60,993 nt of DNA from Akkermansiaceae bacterium (GCA_023301545.1 JALZUI010000040.1:1-60993); one strand, 5' to 3'; shown: positions 37,314-48,521, counted from the first letter of the stretch. Made by a program: numbers and translations. The notes: generated by a model not told the origin, from the letters alone.

Positions 37314-40300
37314 GGGTGAAGAGGGGGGAATCATCGGCCCCAAAAGGATTTTCGCTACCTATGACTTTATTGGCGGTCAGCGTGTTGGCTGCTTTGGCGG
37401 TGGCGAGTTTGATGCAAATTCGGCCTTCGCGAGCGAGCGGACATGCCTATCAGCGGGGTGTTACTTTACAACTTGCGGAAAAAAGTGCGCGGGAGGCTGC
37501 ACTAGGCCTTTTAATAGTCGCGACGAATCGGCCTAGTTTTGTCATTCACATGATCTCGGACGAAAAGAATCGCCCGCAGTATTATGTCGCTTCTTGGTAT
37601 GAGCCTAATAGGCAAGAATGGATGCATCAGCCATTAGTATCTGCGACAGAGGTAACTCAGTTAGCATCGACGGATGGGAGTGACCGTTATCTCGAATATA
37701 ATGGAGAGTTGAATGAAGGTGAGCCTTTAATTGAAATGTTGGAATTAAGTTGGGGCACAGCAGGTCGTTTTTCCCAAGCCGTTCCAGCAGTGGAGTTGGA
37801 GAATGGATTGTCGTATTCTTATTGGATAGAAGACCTAAATGGACGGATTGACTTTGAAGCTCTCAACTATCAGAGCGCCAATGATTCATGGAGTTATGAT
37901 CGCTTTTTAAGCGAGGACGAACAGGAACAACGAGCGAGGGATATGGTGCGAGATCATCGCCATTTAGGACTGACGACTTTAAGCTCGGGGGCAGAGGGGA
38001 TGACGGAGTTCCCTGTGAATTATGAGGAGCCTTTTAGACCCCGCTTAGTAAATGACCTGGAGAGCGTAAGCCCGCCAGATCACCCGTTGGTTGAATTTTG
38101 GGAGCTTGGGCTACCTCCGTATTTGGCTCGAGCGGAAATCGTCCGTTCATCTCTGGAAGATGAGTACAAAGACCTCGTGGAGTATTGTTCCTTTGGGCTA
38201 GCGGATACGATCGAGGTTGAGGCGGTTCCATATGGGTTAGAATATGCTAATGCAGGGGCAGTAAAATTGAACTTGAACGAGGAGTTACGCCTTTCTGAGG
38301 TAGATGGAGGAGAAGCGTCAGTAGATAAGGTTGCGGAGCGGATTAAACAGGTTCGGGGGTTTAAGGATAATGCAACAGAATATGAGGCGGTGGGGATTGA
38401 GGTGTCGGAGGAGTCCCCTGTGGAATCCCGATACGGTGGGTTTCCTACGGGGCGGCAATCGTACTGTAAAACGCTGGCGGCGAATATTCTGGATTACGCT
38501 GACCGGGATCATATTCCATCCCAACCAGCAGGAGGAAATAGCGGGAATTATAGAGGGGTCGATTCGTACCCGTTTTATACGGAGAGCTCTAGGCGTTATT
38601 ATCTATCGGATGCGACGGAGTTAGGGGCGGTTTTGCAGATTCGTAATTTTATTGAGCTCTATAATCCTACGGATAAACCGATCCATGGCTTCTTGAAGAC
38701 CCGTTTCAGTCCTAGTGGACGGCACCGAGTTTCTCTAGGAGGAGCCGAGTACGCGCTGCCGCCCGAAGAGCTTTTTTATTGGGATGGGTTGATCGTTATT
38801 GAGCCTAATTCTTATAGGGTGTTAGAGCTTACTCAAGATTTGGATGGAGATAAGATCGGAGATCCTGAGGCGTACCTGCACTATGAGCTAGCGAGTGGAG
38901 GTGGCGGCAACGCGATCACGGCTAGACGTACCGCTTCCGAGGGTAATCAGTTAGAGATTTATTGGAGCCCTGCGGAACCAGAGAAGGAAGAGCCTGATCA
39001 GTTTTATCTGGTTGATGGCTTAATCCATGGAGGGTTCGACATTTCCTCGACGAGCTTAATCGATACCCTAGAAAAAAATGCGAATAATACGCTGCACGGA
39101 ATAGCGCTTTACGAGGGAATGACAGGAGACCCGAGGGCGACCTTTTATAATCAAAATGAAGATGTAGGAGCATTGAATTACGCCCTAAGGACTTCTTTTG
39201 GTGGGCCGAATGATTATCAATTGGATGAATCGGGAAAAATTAATAACGCTAGTCTTTTTCCGTCGCCTCATCACGATGCGCTCAACCACGGTAAGGATGT
39301 ACGGGGTTGTACATCAACTCCGAGTAGGGGGATGCGTTACCCCGGGGAACATGGGTACGTAAAGTGGGATAACCCTGAGGGCGTAAAGGGCCAAGATCTG
39401 GAACTCGCGTCGGGAGACATGATTAGCCAATTTTATGTGGAGCAGTCTAGGGACCACCATTTACGGTCGCTACAGGCGATTTCTAACCAGGGGTATTTCA
39501 CCAGTCTAGGGGAGTTGGGAAACGTGTTCGATCCAGCACAGTGGAGCCAAGTGTATCAGCCGACGAAGGAAGTAGATGGAGAAATCATAAGGAATCCAGA
39601 CTACCTGATTGCTAATTATGGAGAGGATAAGAACGGGGCTCCCTTAGAGGCGGAAGAGCTTGGGGTTTTTGGAGGTGGAATGACCTTAGCGATTGGGAGT
39701 CCTGAGTTCCATTGTTTCGCCTCATTGGATGGAGATGCTCGTAGGGGCTATGAGGGTGCGCGCCTGTTAGATCAATTTCGCGTTACGGATTCTCCCCTGC
39801 GCTCTCTGAAGTCACGTATTAATCTGAATACGGCTCCACGTGCTGTCCTCCAGGCTTTATTTGCAGGAATTACGAACAAGGATGATGAGGTGATGAAAAA
39901 CTTTACGAGAGCCCCTAGGAATGCGGAAAATGAAGTGGCTAGTGTCTTTGCTGATGGGATTATTGCAGCGCGAAAGGAGCGGCCTTTTCTAGCCCTCTCT
40001 GACATCGCTCTTGCTAAGTCCCTTTATGAGGACGAATCCCTCCCTCTTTTCGGAGAGAAGATTTGGTATCAAGGAGGCTCCTTTGATGTAAGGCGCGAGC
40101 TCTGGAGTGACCTAGGGCGCGAAGAATTATTCCGGAAGAGCTGCGACCTCTTCACTACTCAATCACGCTCGTACCGGATTCACATTCAGGTGGAGCAAGA
40201 GGGAGGAGATTACACCTCTACCATTCGTAAATCATTCGATGTTACTCTTCATCCATATTTGAATGAGGATCGTTCCATAGATCAATCTCGCCCTCCTCAG

Positions 40301-40330
40301 GTTAAATTCCACCACCAATCCGAAAAATGA
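37310..40330 (+). CDS. Giant (1006 aa) GspK-like pseudopilin
   Basis: Leader PKG|FSLPMT lacks Glu+5, as in GspK. GspK-type motifs are YWIEDLNGRIDFEALN, LAANILDYADRD (about 38478-38507) and INLNTAPRAVLQALFAGI (from 39828). 4-nt overlaps on both sides. Confidence 0.6.
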   Translation: MRVKRGESSAPKGFSLPMTLLAVSVLAALAVASLMQIRPSRASGHAYQRGVTLQLAEKSAREAALGLLIVATNRPSFVIHMISDEKNRPQYYVASWYEPNRQEWMHQPLVSATEVTQLASTDGSDRYLEYNGELNEGEPLIEMLELSWGTAGRFSQAVPAVELENGLSYSYWIEDLNGRIDFEALNYQSANDSWSYDRFLSEDEQEQRARDMVRDHRHLGLTTLSSGAEGMTEFPVNYEEPFRPRLVNDLESVSPPDHPLVEFWELGLPPYLARAEIVRSSLEDEYKDLVEYCSFGLADTIEVEAVPYGLEYANAGAVKLNLNEELRLSEVDGGEASVDKVAERIKQVRGFKDNATEYEAVGIEVSEESPVESRYGGFPTGRQSYCKTLAANILDYADRDHIPSQPAGGNSGNYRGVDSYPFYTESSRRYYLSDATELGAVLQIRNFIELYNPTDKPIHGFLKTRFSPSGRHRVSLGGAEYALPPEELFYWDGLIVIEPNSYRVLELTQDLDGDKIGDPEAYLHYELASGGGGNAITARRTASEGNQLEIYWSPAEPEKEEPDQFYLVDGLIHGGFDISSTSLIDTLEKNANNTLHGIALYEGMTGDPRATFYNQNEDVGALNYALRTSFGGPNDYQLDESGKINNASLFPSPHHDALNHGKDVRGCTSTPSRGMRYPGEHGYVKWDNPEGVKGQDLELASGDMISQFYVEQSRDHHLRSLQAISNQGYFTSLGELGNVFDPAQWSQVYQPTKEVDGEIIRNPDYLIANYGEDKNGAPLEAEELGVFGGGMTLAIGSPEFHCFASLDGDARRGYEGARLLDQFRVTDSPLRSLKSRINLNTAPRAVLQALFAGITNKDDEVMKNFTRAPRNAENEVASVFADGIIAARKERPFLALSDIALAKSLYEDESLPLFGEKIWYQGGSFDVRRELWSDLGREELFRKSCDLFTTQSRSYRIHIQVEQEGGDYTSTIRKSFDVTLHPYLNEDRSIDQSRPPQVKFHHQSEK

Positions 40331-41007
40331 AACTACTAATCAGCTTCCTTATCCTTCTAATGAACGCTCTAGCTCAGCCTGAGGTTGGGTGTTTGCAGGT
40401 TTATAACTTCTTGTCGGAGCCCGTGCGATTCCACACGAAGCACAAGGCATTGGGAGTCAATGCCTTGGCGCCCGAGGGGGTGAGCTCGGCGTACCTTTTA
40501 AATCGCGGGGCTCATACAATTCAGCTTCAGATTGAGGGAGGTAATAAGCTGAGCTATGCGGTCGAGATCGTAAGGGGTGAGACTGTGATACTATGTCTGA
40601 TAGATCTTTATGACGTAAAGGCAGGGAATCCGAATCCTCGTGTGTTAAAGCTGGAGCCTGGTAAGGGGCGGGAGCTTAGCTTGTGGTCCTTAGTCGATCG
40701 TGACCAGAAACTCTCAATATTAGGGCGCGAGCTTATTTTGAAATCTAGGGGGCAGACGACAGTAGAGGGCTGGGACGGGCGAGGCTTTGACCTCAAAATT
40801 GATGGGGAATCCCGCGGTAAACTAGAGGTGGAAGATAGAGGAGTACCTCATGCTTTAGTGTTTTGGCAGCAGAGCGCGGAGCAAACGAGAGCGGAGCTCA
40901 TTACACAATACCGATTCGCAATCCCAGCTAATCTGCGCGACGACTTCACTTACGGGCGCAAGCGCGAAGATATTCCGGGGCTCAAAACCTTGCCGCCTGT
41001 TGAGTGA
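40327..41007 (+). CDS. Secreted beta-rich protein, function unknown (last gene of the pseudopilin operon)
   Basis: Signal peptide MKLLISFLILLMNALA. 4-nt overlap with the GspK-like ORF. Confidence 0.55.
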   Translation: MKLLISFLILLMNALAQPEVGCLQVYNFLSEPVRFHTKHKALGVNALAPEGVSSAYLLNRGAHTIQLQIEGGNKLSYAVEIVRGETVILCLIDLYDVKAGNPNPRVLKLEPGKGRELSLWSLVDRDQKLSILGRELILKSRGQTTVEGWDGRGFDLKIDGESRGKLEVEDRGVPHALVFWQQSAEQTRAELITQYRFAIPANLRDDFTYGRKREDIPGLKTLPPVE

Positions 41008-41021
41008 GCTAGGAAAGCGAC

Positions 41022-41828
41022 TTACCCTCCAATGAGGAGGACTTCATTTTTCTCTAGCCCCGTTAATTTTTGCAGGTCCTTAGAGTGCTTGAAGAGGATG
41101 GTCATTAGGATGATCATCATAGGAACGAGAATGACGACAAATCCCCATCCCATAATTTTGGCGGTTCCTTGGTTGTAGAGTTCACGAGCATTGTCTGCGG
41201 TAAAATCTAGATTACCTAAGAAGTAGTAGGCGAGACAGACATTGAGGACGGCACTAATGGCAAAGCTTCCACAAAACATGATTGTGTTTCGTAAAAGAAT
41301 GCCTTTGTAGGCTTCCTCAGCCTCGTCTTCATTGACCTTCTTTTCGATGCGGCCAATATCAAAGATGTTATTATTGTAGATGAACTCGCGGAAGAGAGGG
41401 TTTTTCGTCCAGTGAGAACCGAGCACGACTGCACCCAAGATTAGGGGTTGGACTGCTTCTTTGAGCCCAAACCAAAAAGCAGCATCAGGCTTTACGCTTC
41501 CATCTTCATTCCAAAGGTAAAGGGTGACTCCGCCAGTGAGTAAGACTGAGAATACGCCGATTGCAGAAAAGAGGTTGAACTTCTTAGTCTTGATGAAGTG
41601 ATAGATGCCGTAGGCTAGAGGAATAATAAGGGCGATGAGGAGCGCTTGGTATGGACCCACATGGTAAAACTGAGGATCTCCATCTATCATTGAGGGATCT
41701 TTACTCATTTTAGAAAGCACGATAACGGGAATGAGAACATTCACCATGATGTTCACTAGGGAGTTTTCGTCTTTCTTTTTAGCGGTAGCCATAAACCAGT
41801 GCATAGAGGTAATGTAAATGCTTGTCAA
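41022..41828 (-). CDS. Polytopic inner-membrane protein (weak resemblance to the IspZ/YciB-type family)
   Basis: Six or more hydrophobic segments. The start may be the internal Met at 41792 (MATAKKKDEN...). Confidence 0.5.
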   Translation of the reverse strand: MTSIYITSMHWFMATAKKKDENSLVNIMVNVLIPVIVLSKMSKDPSMIDGDPQFYHVGPYQALLIALIIPLAYGIYHFIKTKKFNLFSAIGVFSVLLTGGVTLYLWNEDGSVKPDAAFWFGLKEAVQPLILGAVVLGSHWTKNPLFREFIYNNNIFDIGRIEKKVNEDEAEEAYKGILLRNTIMFCGSFAISAVLNVCLAYYFLGNLDFTADNARELYNQGTAKIMGWGFVVILVPMMIILMTILFKHSKDLQKLTGLEKNEVLLIGG

Positions 41829-41959
41829 TTCATGAGCCTCATAATGGGGAAGCGAATTTAGCCTTCGTTATTTCAAGGGAAGTATTAAGGGGCTTGTTTT
41901 CATAGAAAAAGGGGAAGAGAACAGTTGTTATCTGGATTTGATTTTTGTAGGTCTAAGGG

Positions 41960-44524
41960 GTGAGTAAGATTCCCATTCCCAGTGCAGGCTTTTCATCGGA
42001 GCAGGCTTTAGAGCATTTTTTTCAATGGCTTAAGGATTCAGGAATTGAGCCTTATGACCACCAGGAAGAGGCGATTCTAGAGCTTTTTTCGGGGCGAAAT
42101 GTGATCCTTAATACTCCTACGGGTTCGGGGAAATCACTAGTGGCTTTAGCTGTGCATTACCGGGGGCTTTGCTTAGGTCGGACGACGTACTACACCGTGC
42201 CGATTAAGGCGTTGGCGAACGAAAAATTCCTCTCGCTGTGCGAAACCTTTGGCGCAGAAAATGTGGGATTAGTTACGGGTGATGCATCTGTGAATGCGGA
42301 TGCTCCGATCATTTGCTGTACCGCCGAAGTAGTCGCAAATATGGCGCTCCGCGAGGGGTGCTTGGCTAAAATAGATGACCTCATTATGGATGAGTTTCAT
42401 TACTACTCTGATCGTGAGCGAGGGATTGCGTGGCAGGTGCCTCTGTTGACTCTTCCCCAGACGCGGTTTTGCCTGATGTCTGCTACAATTGGGGAGACGA
42501 GCGTCTTTGAGAAAGGGCTCACGGAGCTTACTGGTGAGCCGACTATTCTGGTAAAATCTGACCAGCGCCCTGTTCCATTGGAATTTGAATACTCGGAGAC
42601 CCCACTGGAGGAAAATATCACTCAGCTAGTTGAGGCTAATAAGGCGCCGATTTATCTCGTGCATTTCACACAAAACTCCACCGCACAAACCGCGAACAAT
42701 TTAGTTTCAAGGAGCTTTTTGAGCAAGGAGGAGCGAGCAAAGCTGACCGAGGCGCTGATTGACGTAAAATTCTCCTCTCCTTACGGAAAGGATCTCCGTC
42801 GACTTCTCTCAAACGGAATAGGGGTGCACCATGCGGGGCTTTTGCCAAAGTACCGGATTCTCATCGAAAAATTAGCACAGAAGGGGTTACTGAAAGTGAT
42901 CTGTGGCACCGACACGTTAGGAGTAGGGGTGAATGTCCCCATTCGTACGGTGGTCTTCACCCAGCTCTGTAAGTATGACGGGGAGAAGACAAAGATCCTG
43001 ACAGTGCGCGATTTTAAGCAAATTTGTGGCAGAGCCGGGCGTCGAGGCTTCGATGATATTGGATATGTGATCGCCCAAGCGCCTGCGCATGAGATTGAAA
43101 ACATTGTAGCAAAGGCGAAGGTAGCGGAAAAAGCGGCGAAAGGGAAGAAGGTTAAGTCTCAACCCAAGAAATCCCCCCCCGAGTTTGGTTATGTTGCGTG
43201 GAAGGAAGAGACGTATCGCAAGCTCATAGATTCGCCTCCTGAGCCTCTGGTTTCCTCCTTTCGTCTACGTCAGAGCATGCTGCTCAATATCCTTTCGCGA
43301 GAAGGGGAGGATGGTTGCGCCTCGCTTAGGCAACTGATTGCAACTTCTCATGAAACGGAGGTCAATAAACGGAAGCAGAGTAAGCACGCCTTTAAGCTCT
43401 TTCGTGGATTAGTGGAGTCAAAGGTGATGAAAATCATTCCTCCTGCCGAGCGGGAGCATGAGGGGCAAAAACTCGAGCTCAATATGGAGTTGCCCGAGGA
43501 CTTTTCTCTTAATCAATCCCTCGGGCTTTGGTTGTTAGAGGTGCTTCCGTTACTGGATAAGGACGCCCCCGAGTATTCATTACAACTGCTCTCGTGCGTG
43601 GAAGCGGTGCTGGAAGACCCACAGGTCATTTTGCGTGCGCAGACTAAGCGGGAGCGTGATCGACTGTTCCAGGAATTACGTGATGAAGGGGTAGGCTATG
43701 AAGAACGAATGGAGCGGTTAGAAGAAGCGGACTATCCTAAGCCTGGTAAGGACTTTATCTACGATACCTATAACGAATTTATCCTGAAAAACCCATGGCT
43801 CAAAGAGCACAGCATTCGACCAAAATCGATCGTGCGGGAAATGTTCGAGGACTTTACAGATTTCCCTGACTATATCCGTGATTGCAAGCTTGAGCGTACC
43901 GAAGGAGTGCTCCTGCGCCACCTTTCGGAGGTCTATAAGGTTCTCACACAGACCGTTCCTGCCAGCGCGAAGACCCAAGAGGTGCTCGAAGCAGAGGAGT
44001 TTATTAATGATATTTTAGAGATAACCGACTCCTCCCTAGTGGATGAGTGGAAGACGTTGAATGATCCCGATTACGATCCTGAGGCCGTCCGCGAAGCGAA
44101 ACTAGCGGAGCGCCGAGAGGTTTCGTTGACTCGCCGTAAGGCTGAATTCTCAGCCCTCGTTCATCGCTCGATTCTGAGCTTTATTAAGGCGATGCGTGAT
44201 GAAAACTGGGATCAATGTTTCGCGCTTATGCAACCAACCGCTGGTAATGGAGCCAACTGGGAGGTTTCTCATTTTGAAAACTCGATTGATGACTACCTTG
44301 ACGATTATGAACCATACCGCCTGGACCCAGAAGCACGGAACAAGAAGCATCACCACTTGAGCGAAGAAACGACCGACGAAGGGAAACGCCTCCTCCGTGT
44401 TACGCAAACCCTCTGTGATCCCGATCTGGAGCTCCTCTGGTCGGCGTATTTCGTCATAGACCTCGACCAAACCGATGAAACTAACGAGCTGCATCTCACC
44501 TTTGACGGGTTAGGGAGAGCGTAG
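41960..44524 (+). CDS. Ski2-like DEAD/DEAH-box helicase with a DUF3516-type C-terminal region
   Basis: Motif I TPTGSGKS, motif II DEFH, motif III SAT, motif VI QICGRAGRRG. 854 aa, GTG start. Confidence 0.82.
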   Translation: MSKIPIPSAGFSSEQALEHFFQWLKDSGIEPYDHQEEAILELFSGRNVILNTPTGSGKSLVALAVHYRGLCLGRTTYYTVPIKALANEKFLSLCETFGAENVGLVTGDASVNADAPIICCTAEVVANMALREGCLAKIDDLIMDEFHYYSDRERGIAWQVPLLTLPQTRFCLMSATIGETSVFEKGLTELTGEPTILVKSDQRPVPLEFEYSETPLEENITQLVEANKAPIYLVHFTQNSTAQTANNLVSRSFLSKEERAKLTEALIDVKFSSPYGKDLRRLLSNGIGVHHAGLLPKYRILIEKLAQKGLLKVICGTDTLGVGVNVPIRTVVFTQLCKYDGEKTKILTVRDFKQICGRAGRRGFDDIGYVIAQAPAHEIENIVAKAKVAEKAAKGKKVKSQPKKSPPEFGYVAWKEETYRKLIDSPPEPLVSSFRLRQSMLLNILSREGEDGCASLRQLIATSHETEVNKRKQSKHAFKLFRGLVESKVMKIIPPAEREHEGQKLELNMELPEDFSLNQSLGLWLLEVLPLLDKDAPEYSLQLLSCVEAVLEDPQVILRAQTKRERDRLFQELRDEGVGYEERMERLEEADYPKPGKDFIYDTYNEFILKNPWLKEHSIRPKSIVREMFEDFTDFPDYIRDCKLERTEGVLLRHLSEVYKVLTQTVPASAKTQEVLEAEEFINDILEITDSSLVDEWKTLNDPDYDPEAVREAKLAERREVSLTRRKAEFSALVHRSILSFIKAMRDENWDQCFALMQPTAGNGANWEVSHFENSIDDYLDDYEPYRLDPEARNKKHHHLSEETTDEGKRLLRVTQTLCDPDLELLWSAYFVIDLDQTDETNELHLTFDGLGRA

Positions 44525-44594
44525 TTAAAGGGGTGAGGGGCTAGAGGCTCTAGTTTTTACTTTGCTTCTGATCAGCCTTGTGAAAAGGTTTTTT

Positions 44595-44996
44595 ATGGCT
44601 CTATCTTCTGTCAGTATCCCGGTTATTTGCATGGATGATCACAATCGATCTATTTTTAGTACCGTGACCCTCGCTCAATCGGCTCATGGGGAAATGTGGA
44701 TTAGTGAGCGACAGGGCTGTTTAAACTTCCGCTATCGTAGCTCTCCTGCAGGTTATGAATCTGATTGGCATGTGGCTGGTGATCCGACGTTGATTGCTGT
44801 TTCGGCAGGGCGTATCGAATTAGAGTTACAAGACGGAACGAAAAAGCAATTTGGCCCTGGGGAGAAATTCATTGCTCAAGACTTCACTCCTTCAGGGAGC
44901 GAGTTTGACCCAGCTAAGCACGGCCACCGCGCCAGAGTGATTGGGGATGAACAATTCAGCGCAGTTCACATTAAGTTAGGAGAGCGCGCGTTATAA
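44595..44996 (+). CDS. Hypothetical small beta-rich (cupin-like) protein
   Basis: ORF only. G(X)5..E-type strands (GRIELELQDGTKKQFGPGEKFIAQD). The start is uncertain (44562 or 44595). Confidence 0.4.
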   Translation: MALSSVSIPVICMDDHNRSIFSTVTLAQSAHGEMWISERQGCLNFRYRSSPAGYESDWHVAGDPTLIAVSAGRIELELQDGTKKQFGPGEKFIAQDFTPSGSEFDPAKHGHRARVIGDEQFSAVHIKLGERAL

Positions 44997-45384
44997 GGTC
45001 AAAGATGGGCGGGCTATTGTTGTGGCAGGAGTAAGATCGCACGTTTTTCATAAAAAATAAGCAGGTGAGGGGAGCGCTCTTAAAAAGTATCCTTATAGAA
45101 CAAGGAAAATCAGGTGGTTTATTTCGGTTGGATTAACTAATTTTATAAATTTTTCGCGAGAGCATAAAAAAAGATAAAAAATATGAATTAAAGCTTGTGG
45201 TATCATGCTGTACGTGTATGTTACGCGTCCCAATTCTCATAAGGGCGCACTAAATTGCGCCAGAATATACTATCGGTTGTATCTCCGGAAAATTGATCTC
45301 TTGTGGTGAAAATCACGTGTAGAGCTCTCTCCCCTAGTTACTCCTTCGGTACATTCGAGAAGCCTTCACCATAAGAACTAAATC

Positions 45385-45759
45385 ATGCCGACTATTAACC
45401 AGCTCGTCCGAAAAGGGCGTAAAAAGATTGTCACAAAGTCTAAGTCACCTGCGATGACGAATTGTCCTCAGCGTCGCGGTGTTTGTCTACAAGTATACAC
45501 ACGTACGCCAAAGAAGCCTAACTCCGCTCTCCGTAAGGTAGCTAAAGTTCGTCTTACTAATGGCTACGAAGTAATCGCCTACATTGGCGGAGAAGGTCAC
45601 AACCTCCAAGAGCACTCCATTGTTCTTGTACGTGGTGGTCGTGTGAAAGATCTTCCAGGGGTGCGTTACCACATCGTTCGTGGCGCTCTCGATACTCTCG
45701 GAGTAGAAGGTCGTAAGCAAGGTCGTTCTAAGTACGGAGCAAAAAAGCCTAAGAGCTAG
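45385..45759 (+). CDS. rpsL: 30S ribosomal protein S12
   Basis: [14 protein letters not shown]..., [12 protein letters not shown]. Confidence 0.97.
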   Translation: MPTINQLVRKGRKKIVTKSKSPAMTNCPQRRGVCLQVYTRTPKKPNSALRKVAKVRLTNGYEVIAYIGGEGHNLQEHSIVLVRGGRVKDLPGVRYHIVRGALDTLGVEGRKQGRSKYGAKKPKS

Positions 45760-45782
45760 TAACAATTTAAGAAACCAATCTC

Positions 45783-46256
45783 ATGTCTCGTAAAAGTAAA
45801 GTCAGAAAGAAAGTAGAGCATCGCGATCCTAAGTTTGATAGCCCACTTGTTGGGAAGCTTATCAATAAGATCATGTTCAGTGGTAAGAAAGCTCTTGCAG
45901 AGCGTATCGTTTACGGTGCGATCGACAAGGCGAATGAGGGGACCGATACAATCGATCCGCTTGAAGTTCTTACTCGTGCAATCGAGAACGCGAAGCCTCG
46001 TGTAGAAGTTAAGTCCCGCCGTGTAGGTGGAGCAACTTACCAAGTTCCTCTCGAAGTAGACCAAGCGCGTTCAGAGTCTCTCTCTATGCGTTGGATCGTA
46101 GGATACGCTCGTTCTAAGAAGGGTGTACCTATGCATGTTGCTCTTGCTAACGAAATTAAAGACGCTGCCAATAACTCTGGCGCTTCTGTTCGTAAGCGTG
46201 ACGACGTCCACAAGATGGCACAGGCTAACCGTGCCTTCGCTCACTTCCGTTTCTGA
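45783..46256 (+). CDS. rpsG: 30S ribosomal protein S7
   Basis: DPKFDSPLVGKLINKIMFSGKK..., VEVKSRRVGGATYQVP. Confidence 0.97.
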   Translation: MSRKSKVRKKVEHRDPKFDSPLVGKLINKIMFSGKKALAERIVYGAIDKANEGTDTIDPLEVLTRAIENAKPRVEVKSRRVGGATYQVPLEVDQARSESLSMRWIVGYARSKKGVPMHVALANEIKDAANNSGASVRKRDDVHKMAQANRAFAHFRF

Positions 46257-46298
46257 TCCTGATTCCTATTGTAGAAGAATTCTAACTCGTCTCCTCCG

Positions 46299-48470
46299 AT
46301 GTCCGATACTCGTAATAATCCTAATAGACCATTCCCGCTCGAAAGAACGCGGAATATAGGGATTGCTGCGCACATCGATGCCGGTAAGACAACGCTCACG
46401 GAGCGGATTCTCTTCTACACAGGCATGATTCACCGTATTGGTGAAGTTCATGATGGCGCGACCACTACTGACCATATGGAACAGGAGCGTGAGCGCGGCA
46501 TTACGATCACGTCGGCTGCTGTAACCTGTAACTGGAAGCAGCTTCCACAAGAAAAAACAACCAAGCTTTATGAAGGCGAAGATGTCCGCATCAATATTAT
46601 TGATACTCCAGGGCACGTTGACTTTACGGCAGAAGTAGAACGCTCGCTGCGAGTGTTAGATGGGGCGGTTGTTGTTTTCTGTGGTGTAGCCGGTGTACAG
46701 CCTCAGTCTGAAACGGTATGGCGCCAAGCCACCAAATATGAAGTTCCGCGCATCATCTTTGTTAATAAGATGGACCGTGTCGGCGCTGACTTTAACGCTG
46801 TGGTAGAAGATGTAACGACTAAGTTACACACTACTCCAGTACCAGTTCTTATCCCAATCGGTGCGGAAGACGACCTTTGTGGTCAGATCGACGTCATCAA
46901 TGAAACCGCAATCATCTACTCCGATGATGACCTCCAAGGCTCTACTTATGAGATCAAGGAACTCACGGAGCAACAAGCTGAAATCTGTGCAGAGGCGAAA
47001 GAGGTTCTGATCTCACTCCTAGCAGATCACGATGAAGCAGTTGGCGAGAAATTCCTCATGGAAGAGCCTCTCACTGCGGAAGACCTGAAAGCAGGCCTCC
47101 GTCGCGCTACGATTGCGAATAAGCTAGTTCCTATGGCTGGTGGATCGGCCTTTAAAAATAAAGGAATCCAAGCTGTGCTAGACGCCGTCCTCGATTACCT
47201 TCCTGCTCCTACCGATATTGCGTCGGCTGAAGGACAAGATCCTAAGAATGAAGAGAGCGTCGTTATCGCTGAAACAGATGATACCAAGCAGTTCTGTTCA
47301 TTAGCCTTTAAGCTTTGGAACGATAAGTTCGTAGGCAAGCTCGTCTTTTTCCGTGTATATTCAGGAACAGTTTCCAAGGGCGATATGGTCCTTAACCCAC
47401 GTACGGGTAAAAAAGAACGCATCGGACGTCTGATCCAGGTGCAAGCTGATGCCCAAGAGGATATCGATACCTGTTATGCTGGAGACATTGCAGCTATCGC
47501 TGGCCTCAAACAAGTAACTACTGGAGACACGCTTTGTGATCCTAAGTTTGCTATCCAACTTGAACCACCAACGTTCCCGGAACCTGTGATCTCGATTGCA
47601 GTGGAGCCGAAGACGAAGGCGGACCAAGACAAGATGGCGATTGGCCTCGAAAGACTTTCTGATGAAGATCCTACCTTCGTTGTCTCTATTGACGAAGAAA
47701 CGGGTCAAACTATCATCGCCGGAATGGGTGAGCTCCACCTCGAAGTGATCGTTGATCGCCTCTCACGTGAGTTCAACGTTGTCGCTAACACAGGTAAGCC
47801 TCAAATTTCTTACCGTGAATCTATCAAAGCGGATGCTAAAGGGGAGGGCACCTTCGAGCGCCAAACTCCTAATGGCCGCAGCTTTGCAGGGGTGACCTTG
47901 GAAGTAACCCCGAACGAAAAGGGTGCTGGCAATGAAGTGACTAACGCTGTAACAGGCGGATCTATTCCTAAAGAATTCATCTCACACGTAATCGGTGGGG
48001 TAGAAGATTCTCTTACCAACGGAGTCGTAGCAGGCTTCCCAGTTGTCGATACTAAAGTGACCGTCACGGGCGGCACTTATGACGAACAGGACTCCGATGA
48101 AAATTCATTCAAAGTAGCTGCAATCTTTGCAATGAAACAAGCTCTTGAAGGAGCAACCCCAACTATCCTTGAGCCAATCATGGATGTAGAGGTTGCGACA
48201 CCAGAAGAGAACCAAGGCGATATTATGAGCGATCTTAATCGTCGTCGTGGTCAAATCGGCAACATGGAAACGAAGGCAGGCTTCTGCACCCTTTCCGCTA
48301 AAGTGCCACTAGCAGAAATGTTCGGTTATATGACCGACCTGCGTACCGTGTCATCAGGACGTGCTTCTTTCACAATGGAGCCGACCCTCTTCGAGGCCGT
48401 GCCGACTAATGTTGAACTCAGCATTAAAGAGGCAATGGGACTCATCCTCCCCACGCCAGCAATGGCCTAA
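46299..48470 (+). CDS. fusA: Elongation factor G
   Basis: [40 protein letters not shown]. 723 aa. Confidence 0.97.
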   Translation: MSDTRNNPNRPFPLERTRNIGIAAHIDAGKTTLTERILFYTGMIHRIGEVHDGATTTDHMEQERERGITITSAAVTCNWKQLPQEKTTKLYEGEDVRINIIDTPGHVDFTAEVERSLRVLDGAVVVFCGVAGVQPQSETVWRQATKYEVPRIIFVNKMDRVGADFNAVVEDVTTKLHTTPVPVLIPIGAEDDLCGQIDVINETAIIYSDDDLQGSTYEIKELTEQQAEICAEAKEVLISLLADHDEAVGEKFLMEEPLTAEDLKAGLRRATIANKLVPMAGGSAFKNKGIQAVLDAVLDYLPAPTDIASAEGQDPKNEESVVIAETDDTKQFCSLAFKLWNDKFVGKLVFFRVYSGTVSKGDMVLNPRTGKKERIGRLIQVQADAQEDIDTCYAGDIAAIAGLKQVTTGDTLCDPKFAIQLEPPTFPEPVISIAVEPKTKADQDKMAIGLERLSDEDPTFVVSIDEETGQTIIAGMGELHLEVIVDRLSREFNVVANTGKPQISYRESIKADAKGEGTFERQTPNGRSFAGVTLEVTPNEKGAGNEVTNAVTGGSIPKEFISHVIGGVEDSLTNGVVAGFPVVDTKVTVTGGTYDEQDSDENSFKVAAIFAMKQALEGATPTILEPIMDVEVATPEENQGDIMSDLNRRRGQIGNMETKAGFCTLSAKVPLAEMFGYMTDLRTVSSGRASFTMEPTLFEAVPTNVELSIKEAMGLILPTPAMA

Positions 48471-48521
48471 ACACATCTCAAAATACAGATAATATAAATC
48501 TCACAATCTAGATCACCCATC

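Noticed and set aside
45000-45384. Long (385-nt) AT-rich leader upstream of rpsL, inspected for a riboswitch, tRNA or small RNA
   Set aside because: It contains only short hairpins (e.g. ggcgca-N6-tgcgcc) and weak sigma-70-like hexamers. Nothing matched an RNA family I can recognise by eye, and no promoter call could be supported.
46266-46616. 116-aa minus-strand ORF at the start of fusA
   Set aside because: It is antisense to the GTP-binding domain of EF-G and has no independent support.
48471-48521. Absence of tuf after fusA
   Set aside because: fusA is followed directly by rpsJ. tuf is frequently located elsewhere (with tRNAs/secE/nusG), so this is not unusual.
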